From: an uncultured Rivularia sp.
GTDB taxonomy: Bacteria > Cyanobacteriota > Cyanobacteriia > Cyanobacteriales > Nostocaceae
Direction of reading: 5' to 3'
Assembly: GCA_963665115.1 (NCBI GenBank)
Contig: OY762007.1
Coordinates: 4,160,001-4,224,000 of the forward strand
Length of the DNA: 64,000 nucleotides
A model generated the notes under the pieces. The model was not told the DNA's origin, ran no database searches, and saw only the letters and a list, made by a program, of their open reading frames with translations. The translations under genes and the position numbers were made by a program. Positions 10,673-21,579 of the stretch are shown in pieces. How positions within the stretch are numbered: position 1 is the stretch's first letter; each line of letters opens with the position of its first letter.

Positions 10673-12374
10673 ATGCAAAATAACAATCATATTAGTGAAA
10701 AATATAATAAATATTTAGAATACGAAAATCAAAGATTTAAAGAATTAGCCGAGCAAAATGTAAATAGCTGGGCTGATGTTTGGCAACAGTCAGTAGATAA
10801 ATATCCCGAAAAACCAATTGTTCGTGAAGTGGGTTCGTCAAAACCTTGGACTTATCAAGAACTTGACCGTGCAGCCAATAAAATTGCCACTTGGGCTATT
10901 TCTTTAAATCAAAATAATAAAAATAAAAATAAAAAATATATCGGAGTTCATCAAAGTAACAGTGCTGTTTTATTAGCAACTGTATTGGGATTAGCTAAAG
11001 CGGGAATTACCGCAGTTTTATTTAATGTTAGAGAATCCGAGCAGAAATTATCAACTTTAGCGTCTGATTGTGGAGTTGAAATAAATATAGGTAAACCAAT
11101 TCCATCAGTAAAGAGCTTCGATCCGAATTTAATTCTGTCAGCAGAATGGGAAGGAAGAATTTCCAAAGAGCATCGCGATCGCATTACTATAGAAGATCCA
11201 GTAGTAATTATCTTCACCAGCGGCACCAGCGGACGTAGTAAACCAGCACTTTTTAATCATCGTCGCATGATTGGAGCGGGAATTGCTTGGTCTTTAAGAA
11301 CTGAAATGACACAGGAAAGTAACTGTTATATAACTTTGCCTTTATATCACGGTAACGGTTTAGCAGTAGCTTTTGCTAGTTGTGTAGAAGCGGGAGCTTG
11401 TGCTGTAGTTAGAGAGAAATTTTCGGTACGAGCTTTTCTAGATGATGTGCGTAATTATAATTGCGATTCCGTTGTTTATATAGGAGAACTTTGGCGATAT
11501 TTAGCTAATAGTCCCCAAAAACCGGATGACAAAGATAATCCTTTAAAAGTTATTTTTGGCAATGGTTTGTCATCTGGATTGTGGGAAAATACTATTGAAA
11601 GATTTGGGATTGAAAGAGTTGTAGAACATTTTGGTGCTACAGAAATGCCAGCATCAGCTTTGACAAACTGGACGGGAAAACCTGGTTATTGTGGTTTTAT
11701 TCCTCCAAATCATCCCAATGCTGAAAATGTAGTGTTGGTTGACGAACAAGGAAAACCCGTTGCAATGGGAGAAATTGGACAAGCTTTGTTACGGGTTCCC
11801 GGCGATCGCTATCGAGGTTATCTCGACTCTTCACTTGATGAAAGTAAAATTTGGGAAAATTTATTGGAAACCGGGGGATTTATGGTGGTGTTCTGGAGAC
11901 TTGTTATCTAGAAATGCTGACGGTTTTTTTGCATTTATCGATCGTATGGGAGATACCTTTCGTTGGAAAGGAGAAAATGTTGCTTGTCAGGAAGTAGAAG
12001 AAGCAATTTTGTCAACTGGTTTAGTTAAAGAAGCGGTAGTATATGGAGTTGAGATTCCCAAAGCATCGGGTAAAGTTGGGATGGCATCTCTTTTAACCAT
12101 AGAATCTTTTTTTGAAGGTAATATTGATAATTTTTTAAATCAACTCAAAGAACTTTTACCTCCCTATGCGATTCCCCATATTATTAGATTAGTAGAACAG
12201 CATCATCAAACAACTTCTACAATGAAAATTCTTAAATCCCAATTACAGAAACAGGGATTTCAACAAATTGATAAATATCCGCATTTTATTCTTGTGGAAG
12301 GTAAGTATGTTGTTTTGACAAGAGATTATCTATCAAAGTTGGAGAATGGTAAGTTAAATTTCGGATTTCGCTAG
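10673..12374 (+). CDS. FATP/very-long-chain acyl-CoA synthetase-like adenylating enzyme (one +1 frameshift near 11870)
   Basis: IFTSGTSGRSK, TLPLYHGNG, FGATE, DRMGDTFRWKGENV; two ORFs join as LLEPGDLWWCSGD after removing one base. Confidence 0.85.
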
Positions 12375-12429
12375 AAAATAGAATCCCTTCCCCTCTCCTT
12401 AATAAGGAGAGGTTTTGAGTATAAATTAC

Positions 12430-12633
12430 GTAGGTTGGGTTAGACGCGCAAAATATTTGATTATTAACGAACAAATTCGATTAGCGTCGTAACCCAACAT
12501 TTCTATTGTTAATTAAATAAGAAATACTTTTTAAAATTTGAATTGAATTATCTTAGATATCGAATGTTGGGTTACGACGCAATATAAGTTATGATGAATA
12601 ATTTAATTTTGTCGTGCGTATAACCCAACCTAC
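12430..12633. repeat. GTAG-type REP doublet / MITE-like element, copy 1
   Basis: GTAGGTTGGGTTA...TAACCCAACCTAC inverted ends with internal palindromes; near-identical copy at 21219-21555. Confidence 0.8.
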
Positions 12634-12748
12634 AACTATTGATTTAACAGAATATCCTTTACCTCCAATCGAACTGATATTTAATCAATTAATTTATATG
12701 GTTAGTAATGCGTAGGTTAGGTTAGACGTACAAAGATATTTAATTATT

Positions 12749-12883
12749 GGCGTTGCTGAATAAAAATATGAAATTACGTTTTCATATTGAAAGAGACGTA
12801 GTAATATCCCCTGTTTTTACACAAGTTTCATGCTTACTACAAAATGTAGGTAAATATAATTCATAGCTTAATTCAGCAACGCT
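12749..12883. mobile_element. MITE nested in a REP-like palindrome (12712-12925)
   Basis: TIR GCGTTGCTGAAT/ATTCAGCAACGC; 8-bp target duplication TAATTATT at 12741-12748 and 12884-12891. Confidence 0.75.
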
Positions 12884-13168
12884 TAATTATTCACTAGTAA
12901 ATCGCTGGGAGCATCGTAACCCAACATCAGAATTTTGATTAAATAAGTAATATTGAATGTCATTGCTAAAAGTCTCTCAACTTCTATTAAATGTAATATC
13001 TACTGACAGTGGTAGTAACACTGACCTAACTATCGGCGCTGAAACACTGTGTTTTTACGGTTAGATCCAAGCAACTTGTAAAGCTATACTTAATCGGTGA
13101 ATTTACGAAGATTAGCGTACTTAAAAATTTGAGCTTTTAGTAAAAACTATTAATTGTATAAATAAATT

Positions 13169-15062
13169 ATGACATTCGCCAAGTCGAGCTTAAGTATATA
13201 CGATCTGCTTGAAGGTAGTGCTAAAAAAAATCCCGAGAATATAGCTATTGTAACTACTCAAAAGTCTCCTCTCACTTACAGCAGTTTGCTTAATGCTGTA
13301 AACGATGTACGAAGCAAGTTAAACCTAATGGGTATAGGTCGTAATGACCGAGTAGCTGTGGCTTTACCTAACTCCCCAGAGATGGCTGTGACTTTTTTAG
13401 CTATTGCTTCTTGTGCGACTTGTGCCCCTCTCAATCCTAATTATCGTGAATCGGAATACGATTTTTATCTTTCCGATTTAGATGCTAAAGCCTTAGTCTA
13501 TCAGTCGGGAATTGCTGAAGCTGCTGTGGAAGTAGCGAAACAAAAAGGTATTTCCTTAATAGAACTTTCTACAGAAAAAGAAGCCGTATCGGGTATTTTT
13601 CAATTGACGGTTGGGGAAGCGAAGAATCCAATTCAAAGCGGTATTGCTCAATCAGAAGATGTGGCCCTTGGTATTGCATACTTCCGGAACCACCTCTCGT
13701 CCCAAAATGGTTCCACTCACCCATAGTAATCTTTGCACCTCTGCTGAAAATATTTCCTCCACACTTAATTTAGTAGAGAATGACCGTTGTCTGAATGTAA
13801 TGCCTTTATTCCACATTCACGGACTTATAGGAGCTTTACTCTCATCGCTGAATGTTGGAGCAAGTATAGCTTGTACACCAGGATTTTACGCTCCTAATTT
13901 CTTTAAATGGGTCGAGGAATTACATCCTACTTGGTATTCAGCAGTTCCCACCATGCATCAAGCAATTTTGGCGCGGGTAGAGACGAATAGTGAAATTATT
14001 GCTAGTTCTCAAATCCGCTTAATTCGTTCTTCTTCTGCTCCTTTACCACCTCGAATAATGACAGAATTGGAACAAGTTTTTAATGTTCCGGTAATTGAAT
14101 CTTATGGGATGACAGAAGCCTCTCATCAAATGGCTAGTAATCCTCTTCCTCCCTTTATACGTAAACCTGGTTCGGTAGGGATTGCAGCAGGGCCAGAAGT
14201 TGCAATTATGGATGATACGGGTAAATTATTGTCATCTGGAGAAATTGGAGAAGTAGTAATTCGGGGAGTCAATGTTACTCAAGGTTACGAAAATAATCCC
14301 CAAGCAAACAAAACTGCTTTTACTAATGGTTGGTTTCGGACGGGTGATTTGGGTTATTTAGATAAGGATAATTATCTATTCCTCAAGGGTCGAATTAAAG
14401 AAATTATTAACCGTGGTGGGGAAAAGATTTCTCCTCGTGAAGTTGATGAAGTGCTTTTAGATCATCCAAACATTGACCAAGTTGTTACCTTTGCGGCTCC
14501 TCATACTCTTTTGGGTGAAGATGTTGCTGCTGCTGTGGTTTTAAAACAAGGTGCATCATTAACAGAACTAGAAATCAAGGAATTTGCAGCATTAAAACTA
14601 GCTGATTTTAAAATTCCTCGTGTAGTGTTATTCGTAGATGAAATACCGAAAGGTCCTACAGGTAAAAGACAGCGTATAGGTTTAGCCCAAAAATTAGGAT
14701 TAACAGCTTCCGATCCTACTGCAACTACAGAATATGCACCTCCGACAACAGCTATAGAAGAAAAATTAGTTCAAATTTGGTCTAAGGTATTAGGCGTTGA
14801 AAAGGTAGGAATTAACGATAACTTTTTCGGGTTAGGAGGAGATTCTATCTTAGCGGCTCAAATTATCAATAGAGTTCGCGAAGTTTTGCAAGTTGAGTTA
14901 TCTTTTCTAATCTTCTTTGAACAACCTACTGTTGCGAGTATGGCAATCAAAATCACTCAAAATCAGGCTGAAGAAGTAATGTCTGAAGAATTAGATGATG
15001 TATTAAACAACTTAGAATCTCTTTGCGAGTCAGAAGTTGAAAAACTGTTAGGACAGATGTAG
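13169..15062 (+). CDS. Oxalate-CoA ligase (AAE3/Pcs60)-like adenylation domain fused to a carrier protein (one +1 frameshift at CCC 13665-13667)
   Basis: LHTSGTTSRPK, VMPLFHIHGL, WYSAVPTMHQ, RSSSAPL, YGMTEASHQMASNPLP, PCP motif LGGDSIL. Confidence 0.82.
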
Positions 15063-15099
15063 TTAAATAATACCTATTACAATTAATTGCAACTAGATT

Positions 15100-15933
15100 A
15101 TGGATAATTCCCCAAATTACTTACGAGAAGAATTGAAAGCAAAAGACATCATTCCTTTCATTGGTGTTTATGATGCTTTCTCAGCTTCAATAGCAGCTAA
15201 ATATTACAAAGGTATTTTTATTAGTGGTTTTGGTTTTGCAGCTAGCCACTATGGCTTACCAGATATTGGATTTATTTCTTGGTCTGATATTGTCGCTTTT
15301 GTCCAAAGGGTGAAAAATTTACTTCCCAATCACCACATTATTGTTGATATTGATGATGGCTATGTAGATACAGAAGTTGCTTGTCATGTAGTTTCTTTAT
15401 TGGAATCTATTGGTGCGGCTGGAATAATTATTGAAGACCAAAAACGACCTCGTAGATGCGGTCATGTTGATGGCAAAATATTGATGGAATTAGATGAATT
15501 TATAGATAAATTAAAACAAGTTTTAGCTGCTCGTAAAGATATTTTTGTAGTGGCTCGGACAGATGCAAGCGATACCTCAGAAATTATTAAAAGAGCTAAA
15601 GCTTATGCAGAAGTAGGAGCAGATGCCATATTGGCTGATGGAATTCATGATTTAGATGTAATTAGAACTCTTAAAAATCAAGTTGATAAGCCTTTAGTAT
15701 TTAATCAAATAGCGGGTGGAAAATCTCCTGAATGCAGTTTAACTGATTTGAAAAAAGCAGGTGTATCTCTTGTTAATTACAGTACACCATGCCTATTTGC
15801 AGTTCAAACAGCGATTGAAGACGAGATGAAATTGCTTAGAGAAAATGACGGGTGGTTGCAAAAACAACGTGTGGGTGTACGAGAGTGTAACGCGCATTTA
15901 CATGAGAATCTTGCAAATAAGAAAAATTATTAA
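15100..15933 (+). CDS. Isocitrate lyase/PEP mutase family enzyme (oxaloacetate acetylhydrolase/methylisocitrate lyase-like)
   Basis: VDIDDGY, IEDQKRPRRCGH, ARTDA. Confidence 0.85.
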   Translation: MDNSPNYLREELKAKDIIPFIGVYDAFSASIAAKYYKGIFISGFGFAASHYGLPDIGFISWSDIVAFVQRVKNLLPNHHIIVDIDDGYVDTEVACHVVSLLESIGAAGIIIEDQKRPRRCGHVDGKILMELDEFIDKLKQVLAARKDIFVVARTDASDTSEIIKRAKAYAEVGADAILADGIHDLDVIRTLKNQVDKPLVFNQIAGGKSPECSLTDLKKAGVSLVNYSTPCLFAVQTAIEDEMKLLRENDGWLQKQRVGVRECNAHLHENLANKKNY

Positions 15934-15960
15934 AAACTAATTATATTTTTGTTAATAAAC

Positions 15961-18900
15961 ATGAAAGATATCACCCAACGTATTGCAAATCTCTCACCAG
16001 CAAAACGAGCGCTTCTAGAACAGCAACTTCATAAAAAAGCATTACAAACTAAACAAGAGAACAACATCTCTCCGAGAAAACAATATCAAGACACTCCCTT
16101 ATCGTTTTCTCAGCAAAGAATGTGGTTGCTAGACCAATTAGAACCTGGAAATCCAGCTTATAATCGTCCGGCAAATATTAGTTTGACTGGTACGATCAAT
16201 GTACAAGTATTGGAAAAAATTCTCAACGAAATAATACGTCGTCACGAAGTCTTACGTACTAGCTTTGAGGAAGTAAACGGACAACCTTTTCAGAAAATCA
16301 CTCCGAATATAACTTTAAAGCTACCAATAGTAGACCTCAGTAATTTAAATGATGAAAATAAAGAAATTGAAGTTCAAAAACTAGCGACTGAAGAAGCACA
16401 GCAGACCTTTGATTTAACTCAAGTTCCTTTAATAAAAGCTAAATTGGTACGACTCCACGAGCAGAAACATATACTCTTGCTGACAATGCATCATATTGTC
16501 TTTGATGGTTGGTCTATGGGAGTTCTACTCAAGGAAGTAGGAGAACTTTACCAAGCTTTCTCAACGGGTAAACCATCTCCTCTACCAGAATTACCCATCC
16601 AATATGCTGACTTTGCTGTTTGCCAGAGAGAATGGTTAACAGATAAAGTTCTAGACAAGCAACTAAATTATTGGAAACAGCAACTAGCAGGTGCAAATCC
16701 AGTACTGGAATTACCCACAGACAGTCTACGTCCACCAGTGCAGACTTATAATGGTGCTACTGCTACTCTCATCCTACCTCGAAGCTTGAACTATAGACTC
16801 CAACAGCTTTGTCGTCAGGAAGGGGTGACATTATTCATGACCTTATTGGCTGCATTTGGGACTCTACTCTACCGTTATACCGGGCAAGAAGATATTCTGA
16901 TTGGTTCGCCCGTTGCCGGTCGCAACCGGGGAGAGATTGAACAATTAATCGGATTATTTGTCAACACAGTTGTTTTGCGGACTAGTTTTACCAAACAAGA
17001 TAGTTTTCGTTCTTTGTTAGCTCAAGTTAGAGAAGTTACCTTGGGTGCTTATGACCATCAAGCTATGCCTTTTGAGAAACTGGTAGAAGAATTCCAGCTT
17101 GAGCGAGATACCAGCCGCAACCCTTTATTTCAGGTGTGGTTTAATATGCTCAACTTGAAAGATATCCAACTCGAACTACCGGGGATAAATGTAGAATCTA
17201 TTTCTGCGGGGGAAGCAGCTTCCAAGTTTGATTTAACTTTATATGTGGCAGAGCAAGAAGATGGATTGAAACTAAAATTAGTCTATAATTATGACTTGTT
17301 TGCGACCGAGCGGATGATGGAAATGCTCAATCAATACCACCATTTACTTTTGCAGATAGTTGAAAATCCAGAAGTTAATATTAACGAACTGTCTATAGTA
17401 ACTCAGTCAGCTAAATCATTCTTACCAAATCCTCAAAAGCAACTTTCTAGTAAATGGGAAGGAGATATTCCTAAGTTATTTTCTCAACAAGCTCAAAGGG
17501 TACCACAGCATCTAGCGGTTGTGGATGCCCAAGTTGCTTGGACTTACGACGAACTAGAGAAACGTGTTAACCAACTCGCAAACTATCTACTGGGAAATAA
17601 TATACAACAGCAGGATATTGTTGCTATTTACGCTCAGCGTAGGGTTAGGCTAGTTTGGGCAATTTTGGGAGTTCTCAAAGCTGGTGCTGCATTTGTAATT
17701 CTCGATTCAGCTTATCCCACTTTTCGTTTAATTGATTGTCTGCAACTCGTTAAACCCCGTGGCTGGTTACAAATTGATTCTGAGGAACTTCCCACTGACT
17801 TGCAAGAGTATGTGAATTCTTTATCTTTTGATTGTCAGCTTAATCTTCCCCAAGATTCAACATCGGCAATTTCTGAAAAATTAAAAGATTATCCAACTAA
17901 CACTCCAGAAATAATAATTGAGCCAGATAATTTAGCATATGTTGCGTTTACCTCTGGTTCTACGGGAAAACCAAAAGGGATAAAAGGAACTCACAGACCT
18001 CTATCCCACTTTTTACAATGGCATTATCAAACCTTTGGTTTAAATCAGTCTGACAAATTTAGTATGCTCTGCGGTCTGTCCCATGACCCATTGTTACGGG
18101 ATATCTTCACCCCATTGTCGTTAGGTGCGACTTTATATATCCCCAGACAGGAAGATATTTATTCACCACCAAAATTAACCAATTGGATGGTAGAACAGCA
18201 AATTAGTATTGCTCATTTAACACCAGCAATGGGGCAAATGTTGAGTGCAGATACTAAAACTACTACAAAATACCTTCGTTATCTATTTTTTGGGGGTGAT
18301 GTATTAACAAAAATTGACGTAGAAGGAATTACTAAATTTGCTCCAAACGCTACCCAAGTTAATTTCTACGGTTCTACTGAAACTCCCCAAGCAATGGGCT
18401 ATTTTATTATTCCCCGCGATTGCTTACTATCGAATACCGTACCTTTGGGTAAAGGCATTGACGATGTACAATTATTACTTCTTAATTCTAAGCAGCAGTT
18501 AGCTGGGATTGGAGAGTTAGCAGAAATCTATGTTCGTACCCCTTACTTAACTAAAGGCTATATCAACAGTGAAGAATTGACGGATCAAAGGTTTATTGTT
18601 AATCCCTTCGCAAAAAATCCTGAAGATAAACTTTATAAAACTGGGGATTTAGGACGCTATTTAAGTAATGGTAATATCGAATTTTTTGGTCGTATCGATA
18701 ACCAAGTAAAGATTCGCGGCTTCCGCATCGAATTGGGAGAAATAGAATCTTTACTTAATACCCATCCCCAAATCCAACAAGCTGTAGTTATTGTCCGAGA
18801 AGATATCAGTAACGACAAACGCTTAGTTGCCTATCTAGTTCAAGATGAATCACTTACTACCGAAGAAGTACGTGAATTTGTCAAGCATAAGTTACCAGAA

Positions 18901-20226
18901 TATATGGTGCCTAGTACCTTTGTTAGCTTAGAGAACATACCTTTAACAGCTAACGGCAAAGTAGATAGAAAAGCATTACCCGCACCAGATTCATTAAGTA
19001 TTAATTTAGAGAATAATTTTGTTAAACCCAGTAATTATACAGAAGAAATCTTAGCAACTATTTGGGCAGATGTTCTGGGTGTAGAGCAAGTAGGAATTCA
19101 TGACAACTTCTTTGAATTGGGCGGTCATTCGTTGTTAGCTATGCGCTTAGTAGCACAAATAGAACAAGTAACTCAGAAAAAACTACCATTAGCTGCTCTA
19201 TTTAAATTTACAACAATCTCGGAACTAGCCAATCTGATCCAAAACGAAGTTGCAGATACCAATCCAAATTTATCAGTGGACTTACCGTCAATAGACACAG
19301 ATATTTTTCGTGCATTATTAACTATAATCGCTGGTAGGGAAGGAGCGCGACCAAGACCTGATTCTCTAATGGTTGCATTTCGTGAAACAGGAAAAAAGCC
19401 TCCCTTATTTTTCTGCGCTAATGCTACATGGGAAATACGTCCCCTTACCCAGTATCTAGATGAAGAGCAACCAATTTATTTACTAGAATCTGGTTATGCT
19501 GTTTTTGATCGGAAAGGTCAATTAAACAAGGCTCCTAGAGATGATATTAAGGCGATCGCTACTCGTCACGTCCGCGATATATTATTAATAAATCCAGAAG
19601 GACCGTATTTTTTGATCGGATATTCTTTTGGAAAACTTGTAACCTATGAAATAGCTAAGCAATTGCAAGCAAAGGGAAAGAAAATTGCATTGTTAGCAAT
19701 CTTAGATACTCCCGGTTCGGCAAAAACTTATCAGTATACAAAAAAAATATTGGTAGGGATAGCTGAAATGTCACAGGAGCTATTTAGTGGTTCATTACTA
19801 AGTTTTACTAAACGTTTTGGTTTATCGATATGGAAAGTAAAAGAAGATTTGGCAGAAATTGGTAGCAAAACTATTGTAAAACTTTTGCGTATAAATAATT
19901 TTTCTCATAAATCCGACCTTGACTCCAATCCTATTTCCGAGAAACAGCAAAACAATCCAGAAATTAAAGAATCCATATCTTATATGGAGCAAAATAAAGC
20001 GAAGTACATAATGGAAGGCTATCAAGGCAAAATTACGTTTTTTGTTACTTCCGTTGTTCGTCGTAACCATAACAAAATTCTACGTCGGCTATTTCCTTTA
20101 ATGGGTTGGAACAAACACGTTATAGAAAAAGTCAAAGTCCCCGGCGACCATAATAGCATGGTAAGAGAACCTGACGTGAAAGCCTTAGCAGAAAGTTTAA
20201 TGGATATACTCGCAAATCTGAAATGA
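15961..20226 (+). CDS. Monomodular NRPS C-A-PCP-TE
   Basis: C domain HHIVFDGWS; A domain FTSGSTGKPKG, YKTGD, KIRGFRIELGEIE; PCP LGGHSLL; TE GYSFG and GDH. Confidence 0.93.
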   Translation: MKDITQRIANLSPAKRALLEQQLHKKALQTKQENNISPRKQYQDTPLSFSQQRMWLLDQLEPGNPAYNRPANISLTGTINVQVLEKILNEIIRRHEVLRTSFEEVNGQPFQKITPNITLKLPIVDLSNLNDENKEIEVQKLATEEAQQTFDLTQVPLIKAKLVRLHEQKHILLLTMHHIVFDGWSMGVLLKEVGELYQAFSTGKPSPLPELPIQYADFAVCQREWLTDKVLDKQLNYWKQQLAGANPVLELPTDSLRPPVQTYNGATATLILPRSLNYRLQQLCRQEGVTLFMTLLAAFGTLLYRYTGQEDILIGSPVAGRNRGEIEQLIGLFVNTVVLRTSFTKQDSFRSLLAQVREVTLGAYDHQAMPFEKLVEEFQLERDTSRNPLFQVWFNMLNLKDIQLELPGINVESISAGEAASKFDLTLYVAEQEDGLKLKLVYNYDLFATERMMEMLNQYHHLLLQIVENPEVNINELSIVTQSAKSFLPNPQKQLSSKWEGDIPKLFSQQAQRVPQHLAVVDAQVAWTYDELEKRVNQLANYLLGNNIQQQDIVAIYAQRRVRLVWAILGVLKAGAAFVILDSAYPTFRLIDCLQLVKPRGWLQIDSEELPTDLQEYVNSLSFDCQLNLPQDSTSAISEKLKDYPTNTPEIIIEPDNLAYVAFTSGSTGKPKGIKGTHRPLSHFLQWHYQTFGLNQSDKFSMLCGLSHDPLLRDIFTPLSLGATLYIPRQEDIYSPPKLTNWMVEQQISIAHLTPAMGQMLSADTKTTTKYLRYLFFGGDVLTKIDVEGITKFAPNATQVNFYGSTETPQAMGYFIIPRDCLLSNTVPLGKGIDDVQLLLLNSKQQLAGIGELAEIYVRTPYLTKGYINSEELTDQRFIVNPFAKNPEDKLYKTGDLGRYLSNGNIEFFGRIDNQVKIRGFRIELGEIESLLNTHPQIQQAVVIVREDISNDKRLVAYLVQDESLTTEEVREFVKHKLPEYMVPSTFVSLENIPLTANGKVDRKALPAPDSLSINLENNFVKPSNYTEEILATIWADVLGVEQVGIHDNFFELGGHSLLAMRLVAQIEQVTQKKLPLAALFKFTTISELANLIQNEVADTNPNLSVDLPSIDTDIFRALLTIIAGREGARPRPDSLMVAFRETGKKPPLFFCANATWEIRPLTQYLDEEQPIYLLESGYAVFDRKGQLNKAPRDDIKAIATRHVRDILLINPEGPYFLIGYSFGKLVTYEIAKQLQAKGKKIALLAILDTPGSAKTYQYTKKILVGIAEMSQELFSGSLLSFTKRFGLSIWKVKEDLAEIGSKTIVKLLRINNFSHKSDLDSNPISEKQQNNPEIKESISYMEQNKAKYIMEGYQGKITFFVTSVVRRNHNKILRRLFPLMGWNKHVIEKVKVPGDHNSMVREPDVKALAESLMDILANLK

Positions 20227-20380
20227 TAATTTAATACATATTAAAATAAATGGTGTTGCCTCATAACGATATGAATTTACAAAGGTATCTAAAAGCAGCC
20301 CCCTAAGTCCCCCCAATTTTGGGGGAATTTGAAATAGATTTCTCCTCCAAAATTAGGGGTTGGGGGGCTAAACATAATTT

Positions 20381-20728
20381 TTATATGGCTATCTGATTTA
20401 TCGGTGAAATTTCTGCAATACTAAACTTTGCAATCTCCTTTGCTTTGATAATTGCTCGCTTTCTCCAAAAAGACGGAAGCCAAGGAACTTGTTTGGCAAT
20501 AGTCTTATTTAAGTCGGCAAAAGCAGATATCGTAAAGTTGATATTTTCTACTTTTGCATTAAATTCTTGAAAAATAGCCGGTTGGGAATCAACGGGATAG
20601 TTATAGTGGCTTAATAAAGCGTAGGGAAGCCAGTTATCTATAAAAAAAATTGGTAAAAATGCGATTACTATGCCGATGAGAAAATTCTTCCACAACTGTG
20701 GAATATTTTTGTAAATCAAAATTATCAC
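20381..20728 (-). CDS. Hypothetical protein with N-terminal TM helix
   Basis: ORF overlapping the upstream gene stop by 4 bp. Confidence 0.5.
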   Translation of the reverse strand: MIILIYKNIPQLWKNFLIGIVIAFLPIFFIDNWLPYALLSHYNYPVDSQPAIFQEFNAKVENINFTISAFADLNKTIAKQVPWLPSFWRKRAIIKAKEIAKFSIAEISPINQIAI

Positions 20729-21129
20729 CTATCATTCTTTTCCTGCTTTCCATTCAAACCAGCCGATGCTGTTCCCCATGACGGATAATTACCCATGATT
20801 GCTAAATATCCCGAAGGAATACCCCAGAAAACAAAACCTTTAATAGCTCGTGAAAAATTCTGAGTTTGGAAGCTGTCATAGGCATAAGCAGCATAACTAC
20901 AGAAAATAACCGTACCAATCATTCGTAAAGTAAACGGATGAGTTTTTGGGAAAAAACAAGCAACTGCAATAATCACGAACAATGCAGCCATAGCGTAAAA
21001 TCCAGCAGCACCCGTAGGTAAACCCTCTGGATCTAATGCAGTCATGAAGAAACCCACTGCACCAAGTAATGCAAATATTCCAATTGCTATACGCGAACCT
21101 TTACTCATGCGATACCATCCTAAAAACAC
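20725..21129 (-). CDS. Hypothetical membrane protein (about 4 TM helices)
   Basis: Hydrophobic 134-aa ORF; probable start 21108. Confidence 0.65.
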   Translation of the reverse strand: MFLGWYRMSKGSRIAIGIFALLGAVGFFMTALDPEGLPTGAAGFYAMAALFVIIAVACFFPKTHPFTLRMIGTVIFCSYAAYAYDSFQTQNFSRAIKGFVFWGIPSGYLAIMGNYPSWGTASAGLNGKQEKNDR

Positions 21130-21218
21130 CCGTATAACGAGTGATGATATCTAGAAATTTTTATAAACGTTAACCGAAATATTACGGTAAAATTCTTTTT
21201 TCGATTTTGTTTAGATGC

Positions 21219-21555
21219 GTAGGTTGGGTTAGACGCGCAAAGACATTTAATGATTAACGAATCAATTTGATTAGCGTCGTAACCCAACATTTCTATTGTT
21301 TTAGGACTTACGTAAAAGGGACGAATTTACGTTATTATTCGCTGCGCGAAATAATCTCCCCAGACGCTGAAATTTCTTCCCTACAATGCGTTCCGGTCGC
21401 AATGACAATTCAAGATGCGTAAGTCCTGTGTTTATTAAATAAGAAATAATTTTAAAAATTTGAATTGAATTATCTTAGATATCAAATGTTGGGTTACGAC
21501 GCAATATAAGTTATGATGAATAATTTAATTTTGTCGTGCGTCTAACCCAACCTAC
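21219..21555. repeat. GTAG-type REP doublet / MITE-like element, copy 2, with nested MITE at 21302-21428
   Basis: Matches 12430-12633; nested unit has TIR AGGACTTACG/CGTAAGTCCT and 5-bp target duplication TGTTT. Confidence 0.8.
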
Positions 21556-21579
21556 AACTACGATTACAAATTCAATTAT

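Noticed and set aside
15100..15933. PEP mutase, implying a phosphonate pathway
   Set aside because: Has the RRCGH lyase-type loop rather than the EDK-x5-NS PEP mutase motif; no other phosphonate genes
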